Shown in pieces: positions 11,351 to 23,179 of a stretch of 64,000 nucleotides of DNA. Source of the stretch: Antedon mediterranea (lineage: Eukaryota > Animalia > Echinodermata); assembly GCF_964355755.1 (NCBI RefSeq), contig NC_092674.1, forward strand, positions 9,982,001-10,046,000, read 5' to 3'. Made by a program: the position numbers and the translations under genes. A model generated the notes under the pieces. That model was not told the origin of the DNA and ran no database searches. It saw nothing but the letters and a program-made list of their open reading frames with translations. The number at the start of each line of letters is the position of its first letter. Position 1 is the first letter of the stretch.

Positions 11351-14300
11351 TAAATGTCATGATTTCATATCATACCCAAATAGTAGTGGAAATACTGACT
11401 GTGCTTCAAAATACCAGATTAGTGAACGAAACCAATGATATGCAAATCATGCACAAACAATTTCAAGCTTGTGAAATCACCAACCAATCAAATGGTCCAG
11501 AGTGGAAGGAGTCTGAGCTAAACCAATCGACACATCAGTCGTTATAGATTGATGGCAGTTTACCCAACAGATAATGCCAATTCCATTTGTAACAATAAGC
11601 ATAGTTATTAGCTGCTGCCATGTCTGAACAAATTCTAGTTGACATGTGAAAGAACATTCAGTCTGTAGGTGTGAACATGATCTTAGACTACAATGAAAAC
11701 TGTCTATTATTTTGGTGTCAAGATAGTTTCAGGTGTGAAGTCTGGGTTAAAGAACATTAATATATAAACTTGTAAATTACACTGAATCCTACCAAATAAA
11801 TGTACTGTATAACTATAACATAACAATTCGGAAAGAATTACAATTTTATTATCATTAAGGTGACGAAGTTGAAAGGTACAACTGAGAATAACGGATAAAA
11901 AATAATGTTTAATTTAGACAAAAATTGAAAACAATTTTCTTTTATTTCTATAGTATGTACTCATTTTTTTAGTAAATTTTATATTTATAAAATGCATTTA
12001 TTTTTCAAGAAATTTCTTTTCCAAGCAAGAAAGTACTTTTCTACAATATTTCTTTTGGTACCCCTTTGTAGGTTTTGGGAAAATTAACTAAGTACTCAGC
12101 AGAACCCCACCTTTGGGGAACCGTATTCAGGGGACACTACTGTGAAAAAAAACAAATAATGAGCAATATATGTTTTAACACTAATGCCAACCCCTATTCA
12201 AGAGACGCCCCTATTAAAGGGAACTTTGTTGGAACCTGGAGGTGTTCCCTTAATTAGAGTTTTACTGTACCTATCATAGCACCTGTGAGCACACATCAGA
12301 ATATGTAGTAGTAACATTATTGTTATTTCTTTCTTTCTTTATTTTCAATTCATCTTTTGAATTTTCATTTATATTCATGTAGAATTATCATCTATCAGTA
12401 TCTCTTTTTGCTAATCCATCAATCCTTATATTATACCACTGTGACTTTTTCAACTAGGTTTTTTTTTATTGTCATTTTTATTGTTTCTCAATATCATTTT
12501 TAGTGTTCATTTTCAGTAACCCATCTGTTTGTGCTGTATCATTGCACCTATGTTGCTATGGTGAAATTGCTCTTTATACTTTAATGTTTAACTTGTATTA
12601 ATATAATATGATCACTTTGGGAGAGACAACAGCTGCTGAAATGTTTCCTTCTTCAGCAACATTACATTGCAAAATTTACGACCCTGTCCGTCAGTAATCT
12701 TCAAATCTAAAAGCAATGAACTTTATTGATCCCAAGGAGCAATGAAAGTTGCTTTGCTGTGATATCGATGAAATATCCTTCTAATATTTGTTAAAGGCAA
12801 AGAGAAAACTTTTTAACTGCCCAACAAAAATGCTGAAAATAGATCATAACAGCATAATTCTTTGAGTCTAAAGCTAGTGTCTCCAACCAATTTATTTGGA
12901 GGTTTCCAGCTAATGAAACTATGATTTTTAGTATTCTCTTAAAAAAAAATTTTCTGATCTGTAAATTTTTTTTTCTATTTTTTTTAGACAAAATCCAGGT
13001 AATAGGTTTTAGTTATCAAAAAGAATCTCTTGGCAAAGTTTTATGCTGCCTTAAAAAAATATGACAATCAATGTACTGTATGTAGGGATACATGCGCAAT
13101 AAGAAAAATGGTAATTATATATTAATGGTGAAATATAGATGGTAATTATGATAAAAAGTATCTATAGTTAATTTGTTTATCTGATCTACCTTAGGACTTG
13201 ATCATATTGTTTTCCAGTTTAAAATCCTTTAATAGAACTTTAGGGCATGTATTCTTGAAGGAGGACTACTAGGTTAGTACAGGACCAAGGTTAATCTGCC
13301 TTCAAAAATACGGACTTGGTTCGTCGCTTATTTCTAGCATATGCTGCTACCTATTTTTATATATTTATACTAAGATATCAAAATCAGTTGATAAAGATCT
13401 CAAGCCATAAGGGAAAGAAAAGGATTCAAGTTCAAACTGTCAGGACAAAGTTGACCTGTGTAGGTTGTGCAGAGTTGGTTTTTATATGCAAGCTCCCATG
13501 GACATGAATTATGGGCAGTGTCCCACATATAAAGATTGCATTTAATTTTATAAACTATTTCAATTAGTAAACTACAAGATAATTAATATGTTCATAGGAT
13601 GAACACAGATTTTATGACCAAACATGGGCAGTGTTTTAAAACTCCCTAAAAATCCCTTGATATTTTTAATGACTACATTACGCCAAGTGTAATGTTTTTT
13701 TTTACCCACGCGACAGTTTACTGTGGATTTTATTTGAGAAAGTGCATAATTCGTTACAAGTGTTATTTTTAACGCATTTTATTTCCACCGATTATTACGT
13801 TAAAACGTTGATATTGACAGTTAGGTGCTTAAGTGATATTATATTTCATGATTTACATTTTCATTGCGTTGATTCCAACACTTTATGGTGTAAGGATTAC
13901 CATAATTTTGAAAGACATTAATATATAGACTTATAAATACCAAGATATTGTACACATGCTACAAAAAAATTAAGTTTAATTAATAAGTGGATAGGCAGTA
14001 ATTTAAGTGATGCATAGTACAGTATTTTGGTATTTGAGATGCTTGTAGTAATCTCTCAACAGAGGGCAGCATAAAACAATAGTGTATCTTTTCATTTTGT
14101 TATGAACCTATAGATTTATACTTAGTTTTATTTAGTCAGTGGGTTATAAATAAATAATGGTATTCATTCCAGAAATTATAGTTAAGTTTAGAGAATTCAT
14201 TCTTTTTTTTAAATGTTAATGGAAAAGGAATTGTGTGCTAGTACATCTGAATTTTTAAGTGTTTATTAATATTTTCAAATGGATATGATGCTTGGAAGCT

Positions 14301-15181
14301 TGTTTTATCTTCGTTTTTGTTATCATCTATACTTTGTACTTGCCAAAGATTTTAATATGCAAAATTCAAGATATGATTCTGTTCTGTGTTGTACACTGAA
14401 TATCCCCATCGTATATCTAGTTATTCCTGGTTAGATCCCGTATAGCCTGTTAGACCCAGTTTTTTCTGGTTTGATCCAGGATTGTCTAGTTAAACTGGTT
14501 TTATCCAGGTGGACAGTGTTAGTATAGACTGGTTCTATCCAGATACTAAATGTCAACATTGAATTAACAGTAGTTATATGTGTATTGGATAACAAAATCA
14601 TGAAATTCCATCAAATTAACAATTATTATTCAGGTTAATACATAATTTTCTTTATAATTGTGGACATTTATGAATACCTGTACAAACACACAATGCCATA
14701 AACTTATTAACACAGGGATACAATTCTTATCTTAACCTGCTATTATTTATACTATTGCTCAAAATCTTCGTATTAAAATTAGCAGCATAGACAGTAGTAA
14801 ATGAAATTAGAAATGTATTTGGTACATCATTTTCTTTCTTTACTGTTTTTTGTTGTTTTTTTTTTACTGTAGTATTAATTTTTAAAGATCACCTTATATG
14901 TACTGCAATGCGTTTTGCCAACTAATTTTGATATCAGTAAGTTAATAATAACAATTACTTTTGATACTATAATAATATGATAAAAAAAAATCATCTCATG
15001 ATATGAATATATTTAATAAAGAATAATTAAGATATGTAATACACAGTAGTGCCAAGACAACAATTAAATTAAATAGTAAATGTAAAAATGTCAAGATTGT
15101 CAAATATGTGTATGTTTGTGATTGTATAAATTAGTAATTAAGAAATTTAATTGCTTTCATGTTAAAATATTCTTCAAGATA

Positions 15182-15584
15182 ACAGTATAGAACCTCTGTT
15201 AAGGGAACACCTTCAGGACCAAACAATGTATCCTGGGGTGAATATGGGTCATAGTGTTAAAATGTATATTTCCCCCTCATTTGTTCCCGTAATAGAAGTG
15301 GCCCTTCAATAGAATGTCCATTAAATTATTAATTGGGGTGTTCTTTGAATGGGGGTGCCAATTAATTGGAATTTAGTTTAAATAGGGGTGTCCTCTAAAT
15401 AAATAGGGTGTCCCTTAATTGGGGTGTTCTCAAAGAAGGGTTTCCCCTTAATTGGAGTGCTCTCTAAACAGGGGTGTCTTCTAAATAGAAGTGTACCTTA
15501 ATTGGGGTGTTCTCAAAGAGGGGTTTCCCCTTAATTGGAGTGATCTCTAAGTAGGGGTGTCCCCTGAATAGAGGTTCTACTGTA
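15182..15584. mobile_element. Non-autonomous Tc1/mariner-like element with internal GGGGTGTCCC-type repeats (relatives at ~1980-2141, 7035-7151, ~8000-8198, 12093-12269)
   Basis: Ends ACAGTATAGAACCTCT ... AGAGGTTCTACTGTA, i.e. CAGT termini. GGGGACAC/GTGTCCCC motifs recur in the related copies. Confidence 0.6.
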
Positions 15585-16473
15585 ATAGTTTCTCCAAAGC
15601 ATCTCAGAATTGTACTTTTCTATATTTCTTTAAATTTTAAAACGTATATAAGTTGCATATCCATCAAATAATTTATAAATTCATGAGGATACGGTTAAAA
15701 CGCCAATAAGCACAGAAGAATTAAAATTCTGTTGATATTCTTTTATAAATTATGAAAAATACCAAACCAGTATGAGATACTGGATTTATGTTGAACTAAA
15801 ATAAATATTACAACAAAATATATATTTTTAGTTTATTTTTTATTCTTTGTTTATATGATCTTGCATGATCAGGAAAATAGTAGAGATTGCTTTAATAAAA
15901 AAAAATATTCCTATAAAAGCTGTATTACTCAACTAACTTAAAATTGTCATAAAGGTAATACAGTAGTGTACAATTTAGCAATATAATCTCAATTCAATTG
16001 ATCAAATATCTCCAACATTTTACTAATGGATTACTCCCTATTGTTCTATTATCTTTTGTGTTTGCTATTGTTTTAATTCAATTGCAATTTGCTAGTGTAC
16101 AGCAATACATCTTATTGTTGTATGCTTAGGAGATCTTCCAGCTATTTTTAAGTATCATCTTGTGTTTCTTTATTACTTTTACTTTACTGGAGTTATAATG
16201 AAGATCTATGGAATAAAGGTAGGTAACTTATTTTAACTAAACTGCACAGTACATCTTTATAGGGGTTTTAAAGCAAGCATTTTCCACTAGCCAACAAAAG
16301 ATCCTTTTACAAGGAAATGTGTATTGGGTAAATCATCATAATAAACCATTAGGACCCATAATTTCCCTATGTTTATACACATAGAATAGATCGTATTCCC
16401 CCTGTGTATAAACATTTTTGGCATATGTATCATTTTAAACATAGATTAGATTTTGAAAGGAATAAAGATCAGT

Positions 16474-16690
16474 AGTGGAGCTGTAGCTTAGTGGTTAACG
16501 TGCTTGCCTTCCAATTCCAAGGTCCAATGTTCAATCCTGACCTAGTACCAGGGTTGTAACTCACTACTCTTTCAACTCCACTCCCTAAGCCTCAAATGAG
16601 ACTTAGTTTATAAACACGATAAATTATAAAATAGTTTATCCATCCTGTAATTGGTTAGTCGCTGTTGGATGCGTATGAAATAAAAAATTT
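16474..16690 (+). mobile_element. tRNA-derived SINE
   Basis: Pol III A box TAGCTTAGTGGT and B box GTTCAATCC at tRNA-like spacing, then a non-tRNA body and an A-rich tail (GAAATAAAAAA). No complete cloverleaf. Confidence 0.75.
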
Positions 16691-17000
16691 TTAAATAGAA
16701 ATTCGGTAGCCTAGGCCCAATGTGTACAAGATATTAGATTTTGGTTGTCCCCATTACTTACAGCGTACTAGCTAGGCTAGGATTAACTCCTTGGTGGTAC
16801 AGGTAGCTAAAATGATGCTCTTAAGTTGTTTTATAAAATGTGTTCAGATCTACCTATACTAAAATAGGATTGTACAATTTCTGCTATTTTGTATATGGTT
16901 TTATAGTGCTTTTTTATATATATACATAGACATTTTCTTTTCTTTACAATCTATACTCAACATGGTAATTTTCATCATGGTTTACCATTTCCCCCTATTA

Positions 17001-17672
17001 TTTACCTCCGCCAAGGAGGTATATGTAATCGATCGCGTGTGTTTGTCTGTCTGTTTGTTTGTTAGCAGGATTACTCAAAAAGTAATTACAAGGTCTTTAC
17101 CAAAATGAATGTACAGATAGATATGTGGTCAAGGACCATTCCATTAAAATTTGGGACCATTTCAGACCACGGTCCCAATTCTGGACCACTTTTTAGTATA
17201 CTTTTCAGACCTGCTAGTGTTAAAAAGATAGGACAGAATTTGTCAAAAGCCAGCGAGCAGTCTTAAAGTAACAAGTAAACTGAAATTGAATTTTCTCGAA
17301 CTAATTCCAAAAAACTTCATTTTTGTACAAGAGGCAAGAGTTATAATTTGTGATTTGTAATTTTAAAACATAATTTGATTTAATGTGCACGTTTTTGGAT
17401 GCGAGTAGTTTACAAAACCTATTTCTTTTCCAATTCACTCGTTTGATTTTCGCATTGCTGTTCTATTGTTAGTCAACTGAAACTATTGTTAGTTGAAAGG
17501 CTTGTTACATTATTAACCATTACTCCAAACTCGCATACACATGCTTGTAGTGAAATTAGCGTAAATCACAAACAGCATTAAGACACACACAAATATATAT
17601 ATATATTTTTTTACCGGAAAAATCTTATGTAGGAGAATTTTACAGTAGGCGGAGGTATGCACTCTCGGAGTT
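17001..17672 (+). mobile_element. Helentron-associated non-autonomous element (HINE / DINE-1-like)
   Basis: Subterminal inverted repeat ACCTCCGCC (17004) / GGCGGAGGT (17648), a GTCT/GTTT microsatellite near the 5' end, a 3' stem-loop ACTC-TCG-GAGT, and T-rich insertion boundaries. Confidence 0.75.
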
Positions 17673-17819
17673 TTATTGCGTTTTCTCTTTAGTTTCCTCT
17701 TTGTCCACTTGTCCTAATGTTCCTGCTATTATTCCAGCTAGCAGTATCAAACCAATTCGTTTATTGGAACTAAATTTCTTCCAGCAATCATCTGGGTCGT
17801 TAATATCCAGGGTCCATAT
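17673..17819 (-). CDS. COQ2: COQ2 coding exon 7
   Basis: [36 protein letters not shown]...TQ*. Confidence 0.92.
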   Translation of the reverse strand: MWTLDINDPDDCWKKFSSNKRIGLILLAGIIAGTLGQVDKEETKEKTQ

Positions 17820-20800
17820 CTAAATAAAACAAATTTTAGTTAAGAAATCAGTTTTATTGTGGTAGATAATTTGATAAATATTAACGCATACTAATGTTAA
17901 TAGAGACTTTGAAAATTAGGACGGGAATCGCTTGATCGAAATTACTACTAAATTGCAGCAACTTTCACACAGGGCATGCCCCTGTCCACAATGTTCTAGG
18001 ATAGCTACATTAGCCATTCAAATCGTCAGGATTAATCCCAAAGAATTTCTATGAATCTTAAATACTGTACCACAATACAATTCCAATGTAAATTGAAATG
18101 TTTTAATATCTACAATATATTAATATTTTGGTTAAAACAATGAACATTTCTCTACCATAAAGTGGAACAAAATGTCATTTTGAGACAAGGTCTTTGAACT
18201 TCTACTCATGATGCAAACCGATAGAATATAAGATCAACCTTATCCGCATGCATTATTATCAAATTCTTTTATTATTCCTTTATATACATCATCTTCAAAT
18301 GTATATCACATATTGTATTCAAATTGTTATTATTTGGTTCTATTGGTTAAATAAATATTGTTGCAAATACACTCTGATGGATATAGAAACTCTGATGGAT
18401 ATAGAAACTCTGATGGATATAGAAACTCTGTTGGATATAGAAACTCTGTTCATCCGCTTTTCCCACCATGATACTATACCTGCCAACTTAAAAAATCGGC
18501 CCTCATGCGTGAGACTCGCGCATTATGCGAGGGAGTTGGCAGTTGTATGATACGTAAAGTTCCCCTAAGAAATACCAACCTGGCTAGATAAATGCCCTGC
18601 AACTAGTCCCACAGCTAAGTAATATGGTAACGTTTGGTCACACATATAGCCAGCTAACAAAAGGTTTCCAATCATTGTTGTTCCAAAACCACTCAACCAG
18701 TACTTAGTCTTGTCGCCCATTAGAATTGAAGTTGATTTCAAACCAAGAGTTAAATCATCAGACTTGTCCTGAAAAAAAAAATAGATAAATTTATACATAA
18801 TTTAATTATCTGGTTCTAAACAGAAAAAAAAAGTTAACAAAGTCAACCAATCACAATCAATGATGATAGAATTCAACAGGATAAAAACATACCTGATGTC
18901 CATATATGGTATCGTACACAATTGTCCAGCATATACCACTAGCAAACAGAGGTAATACAACTGACCAATCACAGCTTCCTTGGATAGCAGACCAACCAAC
19001 CAAAATTCCCCAATTCATAGCAAGCCCTACAAACATAAACAAATGAATACTGTACAGTAATTGTGTAAAGTGCTGCTTTTTAGTAAATAAATATTGTGGG
19101 TTAATTCCCAATAAATTAAAACTCACCAAGAAATGCTTGAGGCCAAAATGTAATTCTTTTCATTAGTGGGTATGTGACAACAAGAGCCATAGAAGATGCA
19201 CCTATAATAATACTAGGATGAAAATATGGTTAAAACATTTTTTTATCGATCACACATCTAAGGTTAAAGGTCAACTTATATTATGAATTTCCTTATACTG
19301 TAGTAACCAAAAATATAATTTAAACTTTCAATATTTCTGTACCTGTATGTGTTGAAAGTTGATAGTATAGCGAGGGTAGCAGACAGCTGGGCCCCAAGAA
19401 ACACAAGTGCTTGAAATCTGGATATCTGCCCTGATGCAATTGGTCTTGTTCTTGTCCTAGCAACCTAAAACATATACAACCACATTAAAAATAAATATGC
19501 ACATAAAAAAATAGATTTGATATCTTGTTTAATAGTAACTCAGCACATACACATATGAAGTTTGGTGGTTATAATGCTTGGCTACCAATCCCAGTCCTGT
19601 CAGGATTTTTTCTAATGACAACTTTACTCCCAAAGACTTTTATTAAGACTTCGTTTATGTAGAGCATCTTATGTATATGTTTGTCTTGTGAAAGGGATTG
19701 CCACATTTAAGAAGGATAGTGAATGAATTCGCTTATTATCCTTTGCTTTTTGGCTAATAAATAAAAACAAAACAAATACAGTAATCTAATAGGCATGTGG
19801 AAGATATATGTATAACATTTTTTACAATTTTGTTACTATAGTCACATCTTTGTATTGTATGGTAGGTGTAAGAAAGCACCTTAAAGGACAACTTGACCAA
19901 GGACCATATTTTTACAACGTATTAGGGATGTACATATGATTTCAGAACAATCATGAGATTAAGGATATCGCCGCACACACTCGCCGTACAGCCGTCGCCG
20001 TAAATTGCTGTGAAGTCACAGATGCATCGCAAAATCTACTTCCAGATAAGCAAAAGAAACAATAAAAAAAATTAACATTTATATTTTTTACGTGTGTTTA
20101 TTAGAAATTCTTGCGATTTGCCAGAAAACTCATTAGGTAAATTTTGTGATGGACCTGTAAGGTCACATCAATTTACGGCGACGGCTGTCAGCAAACTCGT
20201 GCGGCGATATCCTTAATTTCGCGACGGTTTTGAAATCATATGTACATCCCTAATAAGTTGTTAAAATATGGTCCTCGGTCAAGTTGTCCTTTAGGAAAAG
20301 ATAGAAAACAGTGTTAGATGTTTTTCTAAATATTGTCAGTGTAAAAGTTTTGCATGCTGTGTTAAAAAATTAAACTAATGCCACATAGAGAAAACATAGA
20401 AATGGCAGAAAGAATGTTTATTATATCCAACTTACAGATTTGTCAAAGTCTTTGTCCCACATGTCGTTAATAGTACATCCAGCTCCTCTCATCAATAATG
20501 CACCAAGCCCACACACACCAAGGTAATAGAAACTGGGAAAAGAACCAGGATTGGCCGCCATGGCGATACTCCACGCACAAGGCAAATATATCAACCAAGT
20601 ACCTTAAAAACAGAAAAATTGAGCAGAACAATAGAATTAATCTGACGTACAGACCCGTGAATTGAGTTATTGGAGAGGAAGCTGCGTGTGCTTAGCACTT
20701 AGATTATAAAACACACGTCAACATCATTATGATTGGCGGCCCCTCGCAGAATTTATAGTTGGTATCAGATTTGATTTTCCAAACTTGTCTTGGCATTAAC

Positions 20801-21513
20801 AAAAAAATAAAAAAGAATAGGAGAAATAAACCTTATGCATTGTACACTTCGCGCTAACCAACCAAAAAAAAAGCAATGGGTTAATCTTTGATTAAAACTG
20901 AGATAGATTGCATGCACTAGAATTTTCAAACCAACCAATCAGAACCCGGTTGACATCTTCTCTCTACTTGCAATGTATTTTGCTTTTCATTGTATAAGAA
21001 ATGTTGCACTCCTTTTTGTAACATTAAAGTTCTAATCCCCTTTCTTTTACATGTCAAAAACTTACCAATTGGTTTATCAAAGCGAATAAGCCGTAGGTAA
21101 GGCTGTGTTTTACTAGGCATCGCATCCACAATTGCACTTGAAGTTGTTTTAAAACTAATATTCCTCTCTTGTTGACAACTGTGAACTCCATAACTAAGCC
21201 TCTCTAATTGGTTCCTAAATATTAAAGTTCTGTTAAATTGACTGGAAAATTTGTTCAATTTAAAGTAATTTGAACAATTTTTTAAAAGATAATTGGAACT
21301 GCTTCTTTGTGAAAAAGTATGACAGCTTTGTTTTGTTGTGTGCGAGTAATTTAAACATTTTGTTGGAATGTCACAATCTTTCTTCTTCCTAGTGCTGATG
21401 ACATGTGTAGTAGTACTTCTTGTGTTTGAAATGACATCATTGATGATAGTGAGCAAGATACCTTGAGAACCTTTGTAGTATATCGGAGGGAATCGTTTAC
21501 AGAGTAAATTCAT
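17673..21513 (-). CDS. COQ2: 4-hydroxybenzoate polyprenyltransferase, mitochondrial (UbiA family), complete CDS in 7 exons
   Basis: Exons 21513-21066, 20602-20436, 19464-19343, 19212-19127, 19026-18893, 18768-18580 and 17819-17673 are all GT-AG and in phase. Motifs: [67 protein letters not shown]. Confidence 0.96.
18371..18449. repeat. 18-bp tandem repeat, about 4.3 copies
   Basis: (ACTCTGATGGATATAGAA)n. Confidence 0.9.
18580..18768 (-). CDS. COQ2: COQ2 coding exon 6
   Basis: [25 protein letters not shown]...HLSSQ. Confidence 0.93.
18893..19026 (-). CDS. COQ2: COQ2 coding exon 5
   Basis: [17 protein letters not shown]...[12 protein letters not shown]. Confidence 0.93.
19127..19212 (-). CDS. 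COQ2: COQ2 coding exon 4
   Basis: [28 protein letters not shown]. Confidence 0.93.
19343..19464 (-). CDS. COQ2: COQ2 coding exon 3
   Basis: [40 protein letters not shown]. Confidence 0.93.
19885..20290. mobile_element. Non-autonomous Kolobok-like DNA transposon (long-TIR MITE) in a COQ2 intron
   Basis: ~155-bp imperfect inverted repeats begin AGGACAACTTGACC and end GGTCAAGTTGTCCT, flanked by TTAA / TTAG. A TTAA target with purine-purine termini fits Kolobok. Confidence 0.75.
20436..20602 (-). CDS. COQ2: COQ2 coding exon 2
   Basis: [19 protein letters not shown]...[19 protein letters not shown]. Confidence 0.94.
21066..21513 (-). CDS. COQ2: COQ2 coding exon 1 (basic presequence-like region plus start of the catalytic domain)
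   Basis: ATG at 21513, ends [13 protein letters not shown]|gtaag. Confidence 0.88.
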
Positions 21514-21755
21514 CCTCGCAATCTGTTAAAAGTAAATAACATTGACGTTACTTTTTGGCTTTGTTGGTATACTGTACATGAAATTGGCAAATACACGTTT
21601 TCAAAATAAACTTAATCTGTCAAATTGTTTGTAGTAGTTTTGTAGTAGGCCTAGACATAATTATGTCTTGAGTTGAGGTGATTAAATTATTTTTTAAAAC
21701 CTTTCCAATATAGGCCTAGGCCCTATATTATTCTCTGCGTCTGGTCATGTTGATA

Positions 21756-22858
21756 GGGTGTCACGAAACCTAAGACCACGAAAACTAAGACCCCCTAAGA
21801 CCTAAGATCACGAAAGCTAAGACCCAAGAACTAAGATTACAAATATTTATCACCTGCCTTGTATTTTAACTCCCAACATTTATTCTGAACACCACACCTT
21901 AGAATTAGCACTTTTATGAAAAAGAATCAAATAAAAAGTAACAAATACATTCTTAAATTGATGATTTTACAGACGTTTTTCTCGCACACATACGCTACTG
22001 TTTGCGAATTTCGCATGACTAGCCTAACAGTAGGCCGACCCCATGTTCAATGCTTTTGTTTCTATGGAACGTCAAAAGAGCAAAAATTATATAGAGGGCT
22101 GAAAACTCTGTGGAGTCCATCTACAGTGTGGATAGAACAATGTAAAATTAAAATTGTAATGATAATAGTATAATCATGCTAGTACGAAGAAATAAATACT
22201 CGCAAATAAATTTTAATTTAAAAATCATGATAATAAGTTTTTTTTGTTTCGTTTTCTTTCTGTTTTTATACTTGTACTATTATTTTTGCTCTTTTGGCGC
22301 TCCATAGAAACAAAAACATTGAGCATGGGAGGAGTTACAGTATACAAAGAAACACGTCTGTAAAATCATCAATTCAGAGGATTTATTTATTTGTTTTTAT
22401 GTGTTTCTCCTTCTGAAAGTACTTATAAGTCCTAATTTTAAAGTGTGGTATTCAAGATAAAGTTAGTTAACAAATAGTCAAAATACAAGAAAGGCAGGTA
22501 CGGTGCAAAAGAAAAACATCCTCTGAACCAACACAATGGAGTAAATATATACCAACAAACAACCCGTCAAGTTTGTTTGTTGTAAAGAAAAAATATACAT
22601 TTACTCAACGGGCAAAAATAACGTGAGTTTATCTATGTTTTGCGGTAGTATTTAATTATATTTATGGTAATAAATGAAACCTACTATGTTTAAAATTATG
22701 TATGGATAAACAAGTATTGTTTTTAAGCTGTAGTATATCTTAGAATTTGTAATCTATAGTTCTTGCTTGGGTCTTAGCTTTCGTGATCTTAGGTCTTAGT
22801 TAGGGGGTCTTAGCTTTCGTGGTCTTCTAAGTCTTAGTATTAGGTTTTGTGACAACCC
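21756..22858. mobile_element. Foldback/Mutator-like non-autonomous element, 1.1 kb, 9-bp TSD
   Basis: TSD ATGTTGATA at 21747-21755 and 22859-22867. Outer TIRs of ~90-110 bp are built from CTAAGACC subrepeats. An inner inverted repeat spans ~21880-22090 / ~22260-22470. Confidence 0.9.
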
Positions 22859-23179
22859 ATGTTGATACCACACTACGATACCCAAGCACCACATTAAGGA
22901 ATAATAATAACCAAAGTGAGCGATCGAATGATAAACTAAACGGCCACAAGGGGTTTCGTACGAAACGACTCCGTAAAAAAAAACAGCCGTTCACTGGGCC
23001 CTACTTGGTGGACCGGCGTGAAGTTGGTTACTTATTCCTTATTCGATATTCAATTTTTTTTGTGAAGTTGGATCCTTATTCGACATTCACATTCACATGT
23101 ATGGGGCGCAATATGTGTAATATTTTAATTAAATGATTTTATACTTACGGCTTAGATTAACTAGGGCTATGATTTATAG

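Noticed and set aside
16477-16550. Functional tRNA gene
   Set aside because: A and B boxes are present but the acceptor and T stems do not pair properly, and an unrelated body with an A-rich tail follows. Better explained as a SINE.
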